DNA from: Phoronis australis
Taxonomy: Eukaryota; Animalia; Phoronida
Direction of reading: 5' to 3'
Length of the DNA: 64,000 bases
Assembly: GCA_002633005.1 (NCBI GenBank)
Contig: NMRA01000237.1
Location: 1-64,000 of the forward strand
In this document: positions 1 to 10,292 of the stretch, piece by piece
How the letters are laid out: every line of letters starts with the position of its first letter
How positions within the stretch are numbered: position 1 is the stretch's first letter
Translations under genes and position numbers: made by a program
Notes under the pieces: generated by a model
Seen by the model: only the letters and a program-made list of their open reading frames with translations
What the model was told of the DNA's origin: nothing
Database searches by the model: none

Positions 1-1
1 T

Positions 2-35
2 CAGGGCTCAACACTAACGGTTGCCCGATTGCCCG
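2..35 (+). mobile_element. Possible left end of a hAT-like DNA transposon
   Basis: Begins CAGGGCTCAACACTAAC, a hAT-style terminus. The CTCAACACTA motif recurs near 180 and 243. No partner end is seen before the gap at 495. Confidence 0.3.
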
Positions 36-494
36 TGTACATGCAGTGTTCTCCACGGCCTGTTTTAACTCGACGCTGTAACGAGTTTGGATTTCGCCGC
101 GTCGAGTTTGGAAAATGCGCGACGAGTTTAGAAAGTGCTGCGTCAGGTTTGAACTTTTGTCCTGGTTTGGTATTTCAGACCTCAACACTAAAGCAGTGCC
201 TGATTAGCCAACATCAAGCCCATTTCAGAACTCTAGAGGCAGTCAACACTATATGTATTACTTCGTAAGACACTAAAAAAGTTTAAATTATAATTAACAA
301 AATCTGCAAAAATCTTTAAATAACAAACATTTCATGGAGTCACCTAGCTTGCTTAATTTAATGACTAATCTACTTTGTCATTCTAACTTTAAAATTTTGC
401 AAGTCAATCTGTAAAAAAGCAATTTAATTTGCTTAATAAAGACAATTTTGATTTTGACTGACATCTAGTGGCAAGTTAGAACTTTATGAGCTTA

Positions 495-768
495 NNNNNN
501 NNNNNNNNNNNNNNNNNNNNNNNNNNNNNNNNNNNNNNNNNNNNNNNNNNNNNNNNNNNNNNNNNNNNNNNNNNNNNNNNNNNNNNNNNNNNNNNNNNNN
601 NNNNNNNNNNNNNNNNNNNNNNNNNNNNNNNNNNNNNNNNNNNNNNNNNNNNNNNNNNNNNNNNNNNNNNNNNNNNNNNNNNNNNNNNNNNNNNNNNNNN
701 NNNNNNNNNNNNNNNNNNNNNNNNNNNNNNNNNNNNNNNNNNNNNNNNNNNNNNNNNNNNNNNNNNNN
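495..768. other. Assembly gap (N run)
   Basis: Ns in the sequence. Confidence 1.
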
Positions 769-1487
769 TGATACCGCTAGCTGGCTGGGTACCACTGCAG
801 ACTCCCTCGACTCGATCACAACGATTACTATCAAATTGAGTACGTAATTTTCCCACAGGTAATGGTTTCATCTAATTCTAAGAGTAATAGTTAGACTGTT
901 CAGCTCATACAGGGAGCAATATCGTCATCAAAATGTTCAAGAAACGAATAAATTACCTGGTTAAGGCGAACTTCTCTTCTTCGGAGCAGTACCGGAAACA
1001 GCTGATTAGTTGCCGAAAGGTCAAACCGCACAGCATTATGGGCAACATTCGTTTGTTTTGATCACGCAGATTTTAAGAAAATAAAAAATAAAAGAAAAAA
1101 TATGTACAGGCAGCAGATCGACCCCATACTTACGAAAAGTTCTAATTAAGTGTCAGAGAGTATGTTTCAATGGTTTTTATGCAGATTCACGATGTTTTTA
1201 AAACGTCTACAAACGGATCATATGACTTTAATATGCAATGTATCTATTCGTCCCAGACACCTGTTAGGCCAAAGGAAAAACGCAGCAGACAAATAGAACA
1301 CGCTGGGTGCTTAAAGGAGAATACCACCCGATTTAATTAGTCTTTTTTGCCGTCTTAATCGGTCTATATCCACATCGCCTCGCATACGGTCGACCTTACC
1401 TTGCCAAGAGGTGTCGCGTTAACCTGTGAGGAAGGTGAGAAACGACGCTAGCGACGTCAGTGGTTCATATGCAGAGTGAATGCCGTT

Positions 1488-1676
1488 ATGTTGCGGTGCA
1501 TCGTTCCCGCTTGTCCGAACTAAGCAGCTGCGAGGAAAGCGGGTATATCGTTTTTTTTTTACTGCCTCGAGAGTCCGAAATGCTTAGGAAGTGGCTCATG
1601 GTAGTAAAGAATGAAATGTACGCTGTAAATAGCAAATATGAGGCCGTGAAACATCTCCGTGTTTGTGGCCTGCAGA
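1488..1676 (+). pseudogene. THAP zinc-finger N-terminus of a transposase (stop and frameshift)
   Basis: Reads MLRCIVPACPN*...GISFF, then shifts frame in a T run to LPRESEMLRKWL...HLRVCG. C-x4-C, P, W and VC motifs of THAP are present. Confidence 0.7.
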
Positions 1677-1679
1677 CGT

Positions 1680-1876
1680 CGCAGTGCCTGACGAATGCCG
1701 GCTTACCAAATAACTCCATACGTTCCGCTGTCCGAGCTTGTTCACGGCGCCTCTCTAGTACTTCTTCATCACTGTATTCCTGTTCGAATTGATAGCCTGT
1801 AGAACTTAACGATCCACCTGCGAAGTCGGGACTGATGAGCTCTAGCTCGTCCTAAGTCGGGATTGCGAGTTGCCAT
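1680..1876 (-). pseudogene. Probable N-terminal remnant of the Kolobok accessory ORF (KolX-like)
   Basis: Reads ...GYQFEQEYSDEEVLERRREQAR..., resembling the YxFEPEYxDEE start I recall for KolX/P2X7-ballast-like proteins. It lies convergent to THAP, as expected for Kolobok. Confidence 0.45.
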
Positions 1877-4054
1877 GTTGGCGTTTATTAGTGAGCGTTC
1901 TGTTTCAAAATGTATTATTCTCACCCTAACCAATACTTATATAAAACTGAAACGAAGTCTGTCTCATTAGATGCAATTTGTAATGCCTTTGGAGTGTTCG
2001 TGAGTGCAAAGGATTTGAAAAGCCAACAATGAATAAAACACTGCGTTACCTGTCTTTAGGTGCAATAAAACTAATTGACGGGACACCTAGGCCTTGTGAG
2101 CTCATGCTAATTTCGTGTTTGCTGGCAGAAACTGTTGTGAAACAATTCGATTTCCATCCCACTGCCAGGTGTTAGGGGAATCTTTATTTACATTTACATT
2201 ACTTAAATAATGATTGTCAATGTACAATTTCTGCCCTGACGGTGCTGCGGCCAAAGCGAAACCTCAGAATTCGCGGCCCCCGACGAGTAAGTAGTTTTGC
2301 AGTTTCGTGGCTAATTTACCAACATAATCAGGTGCACATTACTTTGACTCACTAGTATAGTATTTTCTTGGCTGGAAGTTTAGTTTCCACTGAACTTTGG
2401 CTGGTTTATGTTCGTGATGTCTGATCAGTTTCCGAGCCACTGGCGGGGACAACGAGTCAATCCCGGGCCGGCCGCGACGGGCCTGATCGGGCTCCGAGCC
2501 ACTGGCCAGGCTAACAAGCGTTTTGTGTTTAGAACTCAAAAAATCTCAAGTCTAAACAACACAGATCTAGGTTCTCCAGTCTGTATCTCATTGAAAATAC
2601 TTCGAAATTATCTCCGAACAGACCCCAAACTCCTGCTACGGACCCGAGTTATTGGCCTGCCGAACATTGTAGGCTACGTGTGTCCAAATACCAATAACTG
2701 CGTAAGAGCGAAATAAAACAACACGTTTTTATAAGAACTCGGTGTATTTTTAAGGGTTTTACATCGAAGTTTGATGATTTATTGGTGTTCAACGATGACT
2801 TCAAGCGATAAGCTGACACCAGTAACCCATGTTGTGAACTGCTGAACAGACTGCGTGTGAAACCGATGACGTCATTGGATAATTTCAACACCTCCGTCTG
2901 CCATCAGGTGTCAGGTAACGCAACCGTAAGTGTCGTTATGGAGTAGAACTACTCGATCTGAATTAATACAAAGTAGGTTGTTTTTTGGGTGGCATGCTCC
3001 TTTAACAGTTTCGGCCCACGCCTTGGTCATCAAAATATTGTCCACTTGTTTTTTATTGCAAAACAAAGTACTGAGCACAACATTGATGTTGAAATTTTTG
3101 GTTCAAGCATTTTGAATTTATTTGAAGAAAATTAAAACACTTGAATTGACAGAGAATGGTCATCAATAAAGTAAAACATTGACTTTATTTCACTATATTG
3201 CATTGTTACACATACAACACAGCCAAGATATAATCAAAAACAAAAGAAGAGATTGAGCAATAAAATGCAAATACAACTTGGGTATTTTTTAGTGTTAAAG
3301 GTGAGAAAAAAAATCGAACAATACGATATTGGGTAATTTATTAGAACAATTGTATCAAGGTTCAATGATCAACTTGCACCGACAAAGTCTCAAAGGGTTA
3401 CAGTTCTGTTTTGGCTGACAAGGTGTTAACAGAGAATGAAGAAAAACTGAAAAGAAAAAGAAAGACAGCAGAGAGAAGTGGTGTTAAGAACAACAAGAGC
3501 AAAAAAAAAAATAGAGAGGACACAAATAGAAAATAAGTAAGGTCTATCTGGAATAAAACAATTGTGACTTATTTTTCAGAACTGAGATTCTAAATCAATT
3601 TTAATCGATTTAAAAATCGATATCATACTAGCAAAACAGTTTGTGGTTGAAGTAGAATTGCTGTTAACCACTTTCCACTATTTTCTTGGCCTTTTTCTGT
3701 GTGGTTTTCTGTTCTTTCAAAAGGCGGCAGCATGTGACGACCATAGGTGTCATTATAAAATGGCTGCCGAAAAGCAATGCACAGTTCAAACAACTCGGCA
3801 TAAATAAAAGAAAACTTTTGAATCAACTAATACTATGGATTTGTGAGAGTCAAATCAAGTTCTATGCAGAACATAATTCTGAAGTGAAATAATTGGGTGA
3901 GTACGACAACAAGCCGGTTTTATGCTTAGGCGGACGACCATTGGGTTCCCGAGTATACAAAGGCGTAATATTTTCAGGGCTCCTTTCAGGAAGCGACATA
4001 AATGGTCAGTAAACGACACATTTCTCGGAAGTTTTGAAGGCAAAGTTTCTGAAA

Positions 4055-4210
4055 TAGTGCTGCAGTGGTAAAATTAGAGGTAAGTAAGCGCCCAAAGCCC
4101 ACCGTATCACCTTGAGCAATGAACGTAACTTAGGGTGCGTAGGCGCTACGTTCAAATGCCAAAAGGTGGTTGGCTGCGCCTACGTGTGCCTACGCCCCAC
4201 TACAGCACTG
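4055..4210. mobile_element. hAT-type MITE
   Basis: TIRs TAGTGCTGCAGTGG / CCACTACAGCACTG. Near-perfect 8-bp TSD TTCTGAAA / TTCTGAGA. Confidence 0.65.
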
Positions 4211-4255
4211 TTCTGAGAGCGACACGAATGGCCAGTAAACGACACATTTCAAAGT

Positions 4256-4703
4256 CCCCAGGAATGTGTCGATTACTAGCCATTTGTGTCTATTTCTAAA
4301 AGGATAGCCTTGAAACATAGCAAAGGACAGCAAATGGATACGGCGGTCAACGCCGTCAAGACGGCCTGCACGCTCTGCGCAGGCCGGAGTGAAACGCTTC
4401 AGACCCCCCTTCAGTGCAGATCTAGCTGCCCCAGCGTATCTGCGGAAATTTCAGAGTCCCCAGAAATGTGTCGTTTATTAGCCATTGGTGTCGCTTTCTC
4501 AAAGGAGACTCGAAAATATAACAAACTACGCAAGCAAACCCTACGGCGGTCCACGCGGTCAAGTCGGCCTGCGGGATCTGCGCTTCAGTGGAAGGGACCG
4601 AAGCACTGCAGTACCCCTGCAAATCTGTCCCAGAATATGTCGTTCGTTGGCAACTTGTGTCACTTTCTCAAAAATGCCTTAGTAATGTAACAAATTACGC
4701 AAG
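4256..4703. repeat. Diverged ~170-200 bp tandem repeat (3 units), with inverted partial copies at ~3985-4025 and 4211-4250
   Basis: Units begin CCCAG(A/G)AAT(G/A)TGTCG at ~4256, ~4457 and ~4627. The third unit is interrupted by the solo LTR. Confidence 0.7.
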
Positions 4704-5288
4704 TGTCAGGAGTGGACTGACACTGTTCGTAGTTTTATGATTTTGTTCTATTCTGTTTGTGTTATTGATTGGCATGACCCCTGACGTCAGCACAATGATG
4801 ATGTAGTTTGTTTACTACAGAATAGTGTGAAATATTCTAGAAGAATCTAGCATATAAGTAATTAATGTAATCTGAAACATTCTACAGCCTAGTATATGTT
4901 TGTAGAGTGCCGGATTTGGTCGAGTCCGGAAAGTTCTAGAATGTGCTTGAATTGGTGAAGAGTTCTAGAACAATGCATTAGTCTGTAAATACACAACCAC
5001 GGGTTTGCGAGAATTAGTTGAAAGTTGAAAACCAGTTAGTTACGAGAGAGTTACAGTTGAGTTTCTGGAAGTGTCTCAGAAGTTCATCACACGTCAAGGC
5101 TTCGCAGCGGGCACTGGCTGAGGCGTAGAACAGACATTACGTCGGAAGTTTTGTTTGAGTAGGCTTGTGAACGTACGGCAGAGATTAATAAAGCGATTAA
5201 CTCGAACCAGTCTTCAGTCTATAGTCGCCCCCAAAGCTATTAGTCTGTAACAACCTGCGCCCACCCTAACACGGGTAAAAACGTGACG
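4704..5288 (+). mobile_element. Solo LTR (585 bp) of an LTR retrotransposon
   Basis: Starts TGTCAGG and ends CGTGACG (CA mutated to CG). Perfect 5-bp TSD GCAAG at 4699-4703 and 5289-5293. AATAAA at 5187. The empty site is visible in the neighbouring tandem unit (ACTACGCAAGCAAACC, ~4525). Confidence 0.8.
4924..4951. promoter_or_regulatory. Heat-shock element (nGAAn inverted array) in the LTR
   Basis: GAAagTTCtaGAA is a perfect 3-unit HSE at 4929-4941 with in-phase extensions. Further TTCtaGAA copies at ~4835 and ~4963, and TTCtgGAA at ~5063. Confidence 0.6.
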
Positions 5289-6496
5289 GCAAGCGAACGT
5301 TACGGTACCCTCTGATACAGCGCCACCTATACTGAAAAGTGGCCCTGTGGAACATTTTCACGAAAGACGTCGCTCTAGTCGGTTGGCGACTAGTCTTTCA
5401 CATATGGCGCATCACATTTATAAAATACCGCAAAAAACGGGTGATGAGGTTAGATCACGCGAGATCATATGGGTTCGTATCCGCGCCAAATAAACCGCAG
5501 AAAAAAGATTCGTCATTACTGTAATTTGAATGATTTTTGTAGAAGTCTCAAATTTTCCTTCGGAGATGAAAGTTATCTCCAGTCCAGTAGATAAGATGGC
5601 CGTATGACTGAAGTATACACATCTACAGATAACGGTCATCTCCAAGGGGAAACTTGACGCTATAAAAAACTGAGGTGTCCCCAATGTTCTCGGAAGTGAA
5701 CGTATCCTGAACTAATCATTCTCCAGGTTGACTTGTAGTATTAATGAAGTTCACGCATGCGCAAATAAGGAGAAAATGGCTTAATGAACATCATACCGAA
5801 CAAAATCAGACAATCAGAAGTAACGACGTCACCGTAAAGCGTTCAGGATATGGATTAAGATTAGCTGCGTTCCGTAGACCATGTTTCTTGCAAGATAGAG
5901 CCATGCATGAGAAGCGAAGCACGCGATCATACTAGCTTCACTCTCGCAAGTGTATGACTCTTCGGAAAGCTCTCCTGTTGTTTTCTGAAAAATGCTCGTG
6001 ACACGTTACATCTTACAAACTGCAATGATAAGGACCACGTGCCTTCGTCATCCTATTTAGAAGTCTGTGCGTACATAGATTATAGACAACAGATTCGCAA
6101 CTCCGGCATATTCTTACGAGCTGAGTTGACCTCTCCTGACCTATCTGCTGCAGTTTCCGGTCAGTTTTAATTTGACGAGAAATACCTGCATCTACTTTAC
6201 TGTCCAAAACAGCGAAAAAAACATTAATTTATATTAATTTCGGTATTGAAACGCTCTTCAAAATCTTTCAATAGTAGAAGTGTTGGTATTGTGAGTACTT
6301 TTGGCAATGCTACTGGTAATTAATTTCAAAATTCAAACTTCGGTTCCGACCCTTTATGTCGTCTGCTTGCCCAATAGCAGCATAGTTATCGGACAGTTTT
6401 TGATTTACGGTTCACATAGGCCTACTGAGAAAACTACGAAAGCGTGTTGATAAATCAACATTCTCAAGTGAGCAGTTCTTCTGGGCAGTGTTGAGT

Positions 6497-6512
6497 GGCC
6501 CTTAAAAGGGCC
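6497..6512 (-). other. Histone mRNA 3' stem-loop (distal copy)
   Basis: Minus strand reads CCAAC-GGCCCT-TTTA-AGGGCC-ACTCA: 6-bp stem, 4-nt loop and consensus flanks. Purine-rich CAGAAGAA lies ~14 nt downstream (6483-6476). Confidence 0.85.
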
Positions 6513-6537
6513 GTTGGTTGTAGGTATAGCGTGAAAT

Positions 6538-6553
6538 GGTTCTTAAAAGAACC
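6538..6553 (-). other. Histone mRNA 3' stem-loop (proximal copy)
   Basis: Minus strand reads CAAC-GGTTCT-TTTA-AGAACC-A. It differs from the distal copy by two compensatory base-pair changes. Confidence 0.75.
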
Positions 6554-6563
6554 GTTGAATAAT

Positions 6564-6881
6564 TCAACATAAATCACACAGTATGCCATGCTCACTCAAG
6601 TACTGAAGGTCCTCTTCATTAAAGTTTTCATCTGGAAAGGTTGGATGAAAACAGAGGAGATGACAATATCGATGACAGTTGTAACACCTTAGATAGATAT
6701 CACCGTTCACCAACGTTGTCACGAACCCTGCATCGTTCAGTTCTTGTTCCTGTATCCACAAATAATCCTGAACTGTAGGAAAAAAATGACAAACAACACA
6801 ACGAATCAAATTTCGAAAATCATCGCCTTCGTACGATTCCGTGTTGCTGTCACCAGACTGATGTTCTTCTCCAACGTCCAT
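6564..6881 (-). CDS. Small intronless PHD-finger-like (C4HC3) protein with an acidic N-terminus
   Basis: CVVC...CYNC-x4-H-x2-C...CDLC* gives eight ligands in PHD order. An upstream ATG at 6988 would join the frame if one T were added to the T6 run near 6885. Confidence 0.65.
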   Translation of the reverse strand: MDVGEEHQSGDSNTESYEGDDFRNLIRCVVCHFFPTVQDYLWIQEQELNDAGFVTTLVNGDIYLRCYNCHRYCHLLCFHPTFPDENFNEEDLQYLSEHGILCDLC

Positions 6882-7039
6882 CGTAAAAAATCGACGTTGC
6901 AAGTGATGGAAACTTGTCTACGCTCTCGTCCTTTGTTTCTAACCTTTAACCCATTTTTTAATAAAGGGGTGTACTGTTTTTGGCTCATGTTGATAGTGCA
7001 TAATCTATGGTTTTACAATGTATTAATAGTGTTAAATGC

Positions 7040-7207
7040 ATATATATGAACTGGTCTCATTGAGGTGCACAGCAAATAAATTAACTATAACAAATTAAAG
7101 TTTTGAAAATATAAAGAGCAGTAACAGACTCCCTAAAAATTAGGCTTGTTTTCGAAAGGTTTGCGCCATTGGTGATCCGATTGGTTCAATCGCTTGCGGC
7201 GGGAAAA
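7040..7207 (-). promoter_or_regulatory. Putative cell-cycle-type promoter of the PHD ORF
   Basis: On the minus strand: TTTTCCCGCC (E2F-like, 7207-7198), CCAAT at 7184-7180 and 7172-7168, and TATATA at ~7046-7041, ~55 nt upstream of ATG 6988. Confidence 0.5.
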
Positions 7208-7378
7208 TTGATAGACCCAGTTATTGTGCGCGTGTACACTGTATCAATGCTTTGTATCTTATTCTTATTTGTCTAATCTGTTGATACAGTAAATTTCCTT
7301 ATTTATGCCCATCCTGATTTAACCCCGACTTGAGCTCCTTGGGTTTTACCATATTGGGGCTGTCCAGGGACTCACGTG

Positions 7379-7517
7379 CATGCGCGCACCCAGTCTTCAA
7401 AATGGGGGGCTCGAATTCCTGACGTTATGGACCTGTTGTTAACAAGAGAGCGGGCAGACTTTTTTGCCCACTTCGCCAAGGGGGGGGGCTCGAACCCCCC
7501 CTCTGAGTGCGCGCATG
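7379..7517. mobile_element. MITE family A (CATGCGCGCACCCAG termini), copy 1
   Basis: TIRs CATGCGCGCACCCAG / CTGAGTGCGCGCATG; perfect 5-bp TSD ACGTG. Confidence 0.85.
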
Positions 7518-7796
7518 ACGTGGTGCTTACTCGAATGAGTTTCATTTTAGCGGCTATTTCCAATTGTGTAGGTGAAGTAAATTAACAAAGTGGATGATTA
7601 TCATCACCGGTATTTCATCATTAGTATTTTTGTCGGCCTCTCAAGTTTTCCGTGGCTAGGGATTGTCACATCTGTAAGGTAGACGTGTTTCAGTGAACCT
7701 CCATGTTTGTGGCGTTATTTATACCTGACCAAACTTTGAAAAAGAAGCCCGCGTTTAAACCAGGAGCTGCATTGGGTGCAATTTGTGTAGACGTTT

Positions 7797-7953
7797 CATG
7801 CGCGCACCCAGCCTCTAATACGGGGGCTCGAATCTCTGGCAAAGTGGACCTTTTGCTAACAAAAAGCGTGAGAACTAAAATAAAAAACGGGGTGCTGCCG
7901 TATTGTGGACTTTCGTCTCTTTCTCTTGGACTTTTCCCCTGGGTGCGCGCATG
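7797..7953. mobile_element. MITE family A, copy 2
   Basis: Perfect 15-bp TIR; perfect 5-bp TSD CGTTT. Confidence 0.85.
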
Positions 7954-8729
7954 CGTTTGTCTACGTTGCTAGTTTTTATAAAGGTGGGCCTGTCTGTAGC
8001 CAACTACGGTAAATTCATAAAAGGTCACGTGCAGTGCAACTCAAGTTCATTACAAATTAAAAATCCGAACTTTCAAACCGTTTGATCTGAGTTGACATCT
8101 CAAATCAAAATTATGAAAATGCCACATAAAAGTATGAAATTGAAAATTAGCACACGTCAGCTTCACGTCCCTACCACCCCCTTTATCTTGCTTGCTACCT
8201 CTTAGGGTTCATTTCCCTTGCTTCCGAGGTTTTTCGTTATTCTGGTATTTTCATAGACTGCAGCGTACTTGGCTAAGATGGTTCAAGTTTTGTGCGGCAT
8301 ACAGTCGACATAAATAATTGAGTATGTAACCTGCTGTTGAATTGCGGGATAGATTTTGACAGGTCCAGGTATTTATTTCTGAAGTATTAATGTAATCTTT
8401 ATTTATGTTAAAGGTTTTACTAGCGTCCTATTTATTTGTACACGAATGTGAATTTGTTGAAATCGCTGATCCAAATCCTGGCCAAATCTGCGCATTATGC
8501 TGAGACCAACCGTCTGATCAGGGCCACCTAAGAGTAATTTGGTTAATTCGCTCACTAGACTATGGCTGAAGGTCCTCGTAAGGACAAGAGTTCACCAGTC
8601 ACTACCATTGGAAGAAATTTAGCGGACATTTTTCGTCAAAAAGTTTACCAGATAGTTTTCATCAAAACGGAGAAAAGAAAAATGGATTTGTGAAGACAGG
8701 ATTAAGTAGTAGGCCTACCAGAGCCTCTT

Positions 8730-8925
8730 AAAAAACACCCATCTTCGAAGTGTCGTGAACAAATGTATGGGTTTTTTTTTTGGAAGAAAAACTTCCATTC
8801 ACGTCGACGCAAGAACATAACTTTTTCTCCCAAAGCGGATTTTGTGGTCTTCGTACACTATGGAAGCTAACGCCTCTGCATTTCGCCTGCGTAGCCGAAC
8901 AACCGGCCACACAGCAACCGACCAT
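8730..8925 (-). pseudogene. THAP domain remnant (DNA transposon derived)
   Basis: MVGCCVAGCS...GVSFH...W..., then a frameshift in an A run to YICSRHFEDGCF. All C2CH ligands are present. Confidence 0.75.
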
Positions 8926-9969
8926 GATTAGCAGATTACGTACTTGCCGGAAATTACACCAGATAATTGAGCCAGGTATCGCCAGTGAATAATGACGTAA
9001 AGGCTTGTGCGTAAGACCACAGATTTCGTCCATTGAAAGTAAACGGAGTTGGCGGTCCATGTACTATAGTCTATGGTGCGTACAGGCATTTCTGGTTGCG
9101 CTTAAGTGGCTGTACGTTTGCTTTGCTCAAGTTGCTGTGAACTCATTTCCAGTTAAAAAATATAAACTTTTGATTTGGGTCACTCACTGTAGTAAAACTG
9201 ATCTTAAACTGTCATACATTCAGATGGAAGTCAATTTAGTACACACTTTCCTGGGATTTGAAGTGCGTTCTGGTTTGGAGGACTGGCCTGAGACCACTTT
9301 CGGTGCACCAACTAACCAGCCGAGTAAAGACAACTTCATATTGAGTCTAGCATCAAGCAATAATGAACTGTCAATTTTTCTCAGCCCAGGGATCCATTAT
9401 CATCAGACGAAAGGCAAATTTGAGGCCTATTTTGTAATCATGAGTTGTGTAAATCAAAAAGGGTTTTCTGCAGAAGGCGGGATTGTAGCGCTTACTGCAC
9501 AGAGGGAAAAATAACCGCGTTTTCAAATACATTTATTTTATTAGTTATGTACAAAGTGAATTCATACCTATTTAACACCACTTTAATAAATTGCATTGTC
9601 CAGCTACTTGCATGGTTCAGAAATACACTGAAATACCTAATGACATACGACAGATGTCATGTTTTCAATGTCGAGTGACTGGTCATGTGAAGTACAAACC
9701 GATTCGTACCGTCACGTGACATGCATGTTTGAAAACAATTCCCTGTATTGCGGCACTCTTAGTGGGTGTAAACGTCCCAATATACATATCAATGCCTTTG
9801 CTTAAAAAATTCAATTTGAATATGACTTCTTCACACTGAAACATGGACAAAGGGCCCCTCTAATATACTGGTAAAAACCTCCACGTGGTGACGTGTTACT
9901 TGGAAGTTAGAAAAGTGCCACATGACTCTTATTCTAGAAACGAGGTTGTTTCCAGTTCTGCCACTCCAG

Positions 9970-10119
9970 CGTCCCGTTCAGTAGCGCTAGGACCTCGCTA
10001 AAACGCAAGACTTTGTGAGATTTCGTGAGACATTGCCGTATATTTTAAATTAGAACACGTGACTTTGACTAGATTTTAGCTAGATCATAGCGTAGGTCCT
10101 AGCCTTACTGAACGCACGC
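9970..10119. mobile_element. MITE family C with CAG TSD (PIF/Harbinger group, NuwaI-like), copy 1
   Basis: TIRs CGTCCCGTTCAGTA / TACTGAACGCACGC with CAG on both sides. Reverse-complement homologue at 47731-47869. Confidence 0.7.
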
Positions 10120-10292
10120 CAGGTAACCAACACTTTAGCTTCAGCGAAGATTTTGACATAGATAATGCCTCAAAGCAGAGAATTGAATGTTTCTTTTTTC
10201 TTAATCGAAACTGTACTCATTTTGAAAGTAAAACAATAGAACGCAATTGTTGAAGAAATGCTACCTGCTCCGGGGCACATGCTCAGGCTTAA

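Larger units (their letters stand above)
1315..3001 (+). mobile_element. Non-autonomous Kolobok-type DNA transposon (internally deleted)
   Basis: TTAA at 1311-1314 and 3002-3005. Imperfect TIRs AGGAGAATACCACCC / GGGTGGCATGCTCCT. Contains a THAP remnant (+) and a convergent second-ORF remnant (-). Confidence 0.75.

Noticed and set aside
476-871. ORFs crossing N runs (also 38882-39426)
   Set aside because: Their length comes from the gap; only the 39367 exon has splice support.
1832-1850. CTGATGA-GC-TCTA-GC hammerhead-like start
   Set aside because: No GAAA core follows.
8506-8530. CAAC...TCAGGGCCACC, resembling a histone stem-loop on the + strand
   Set aside because: The 5' half of the stem does not pair and no upstream ORF was found.
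9005-9514. 169-aa ORF
   Set aside because: Non-ATG start, no motif and no splice support.
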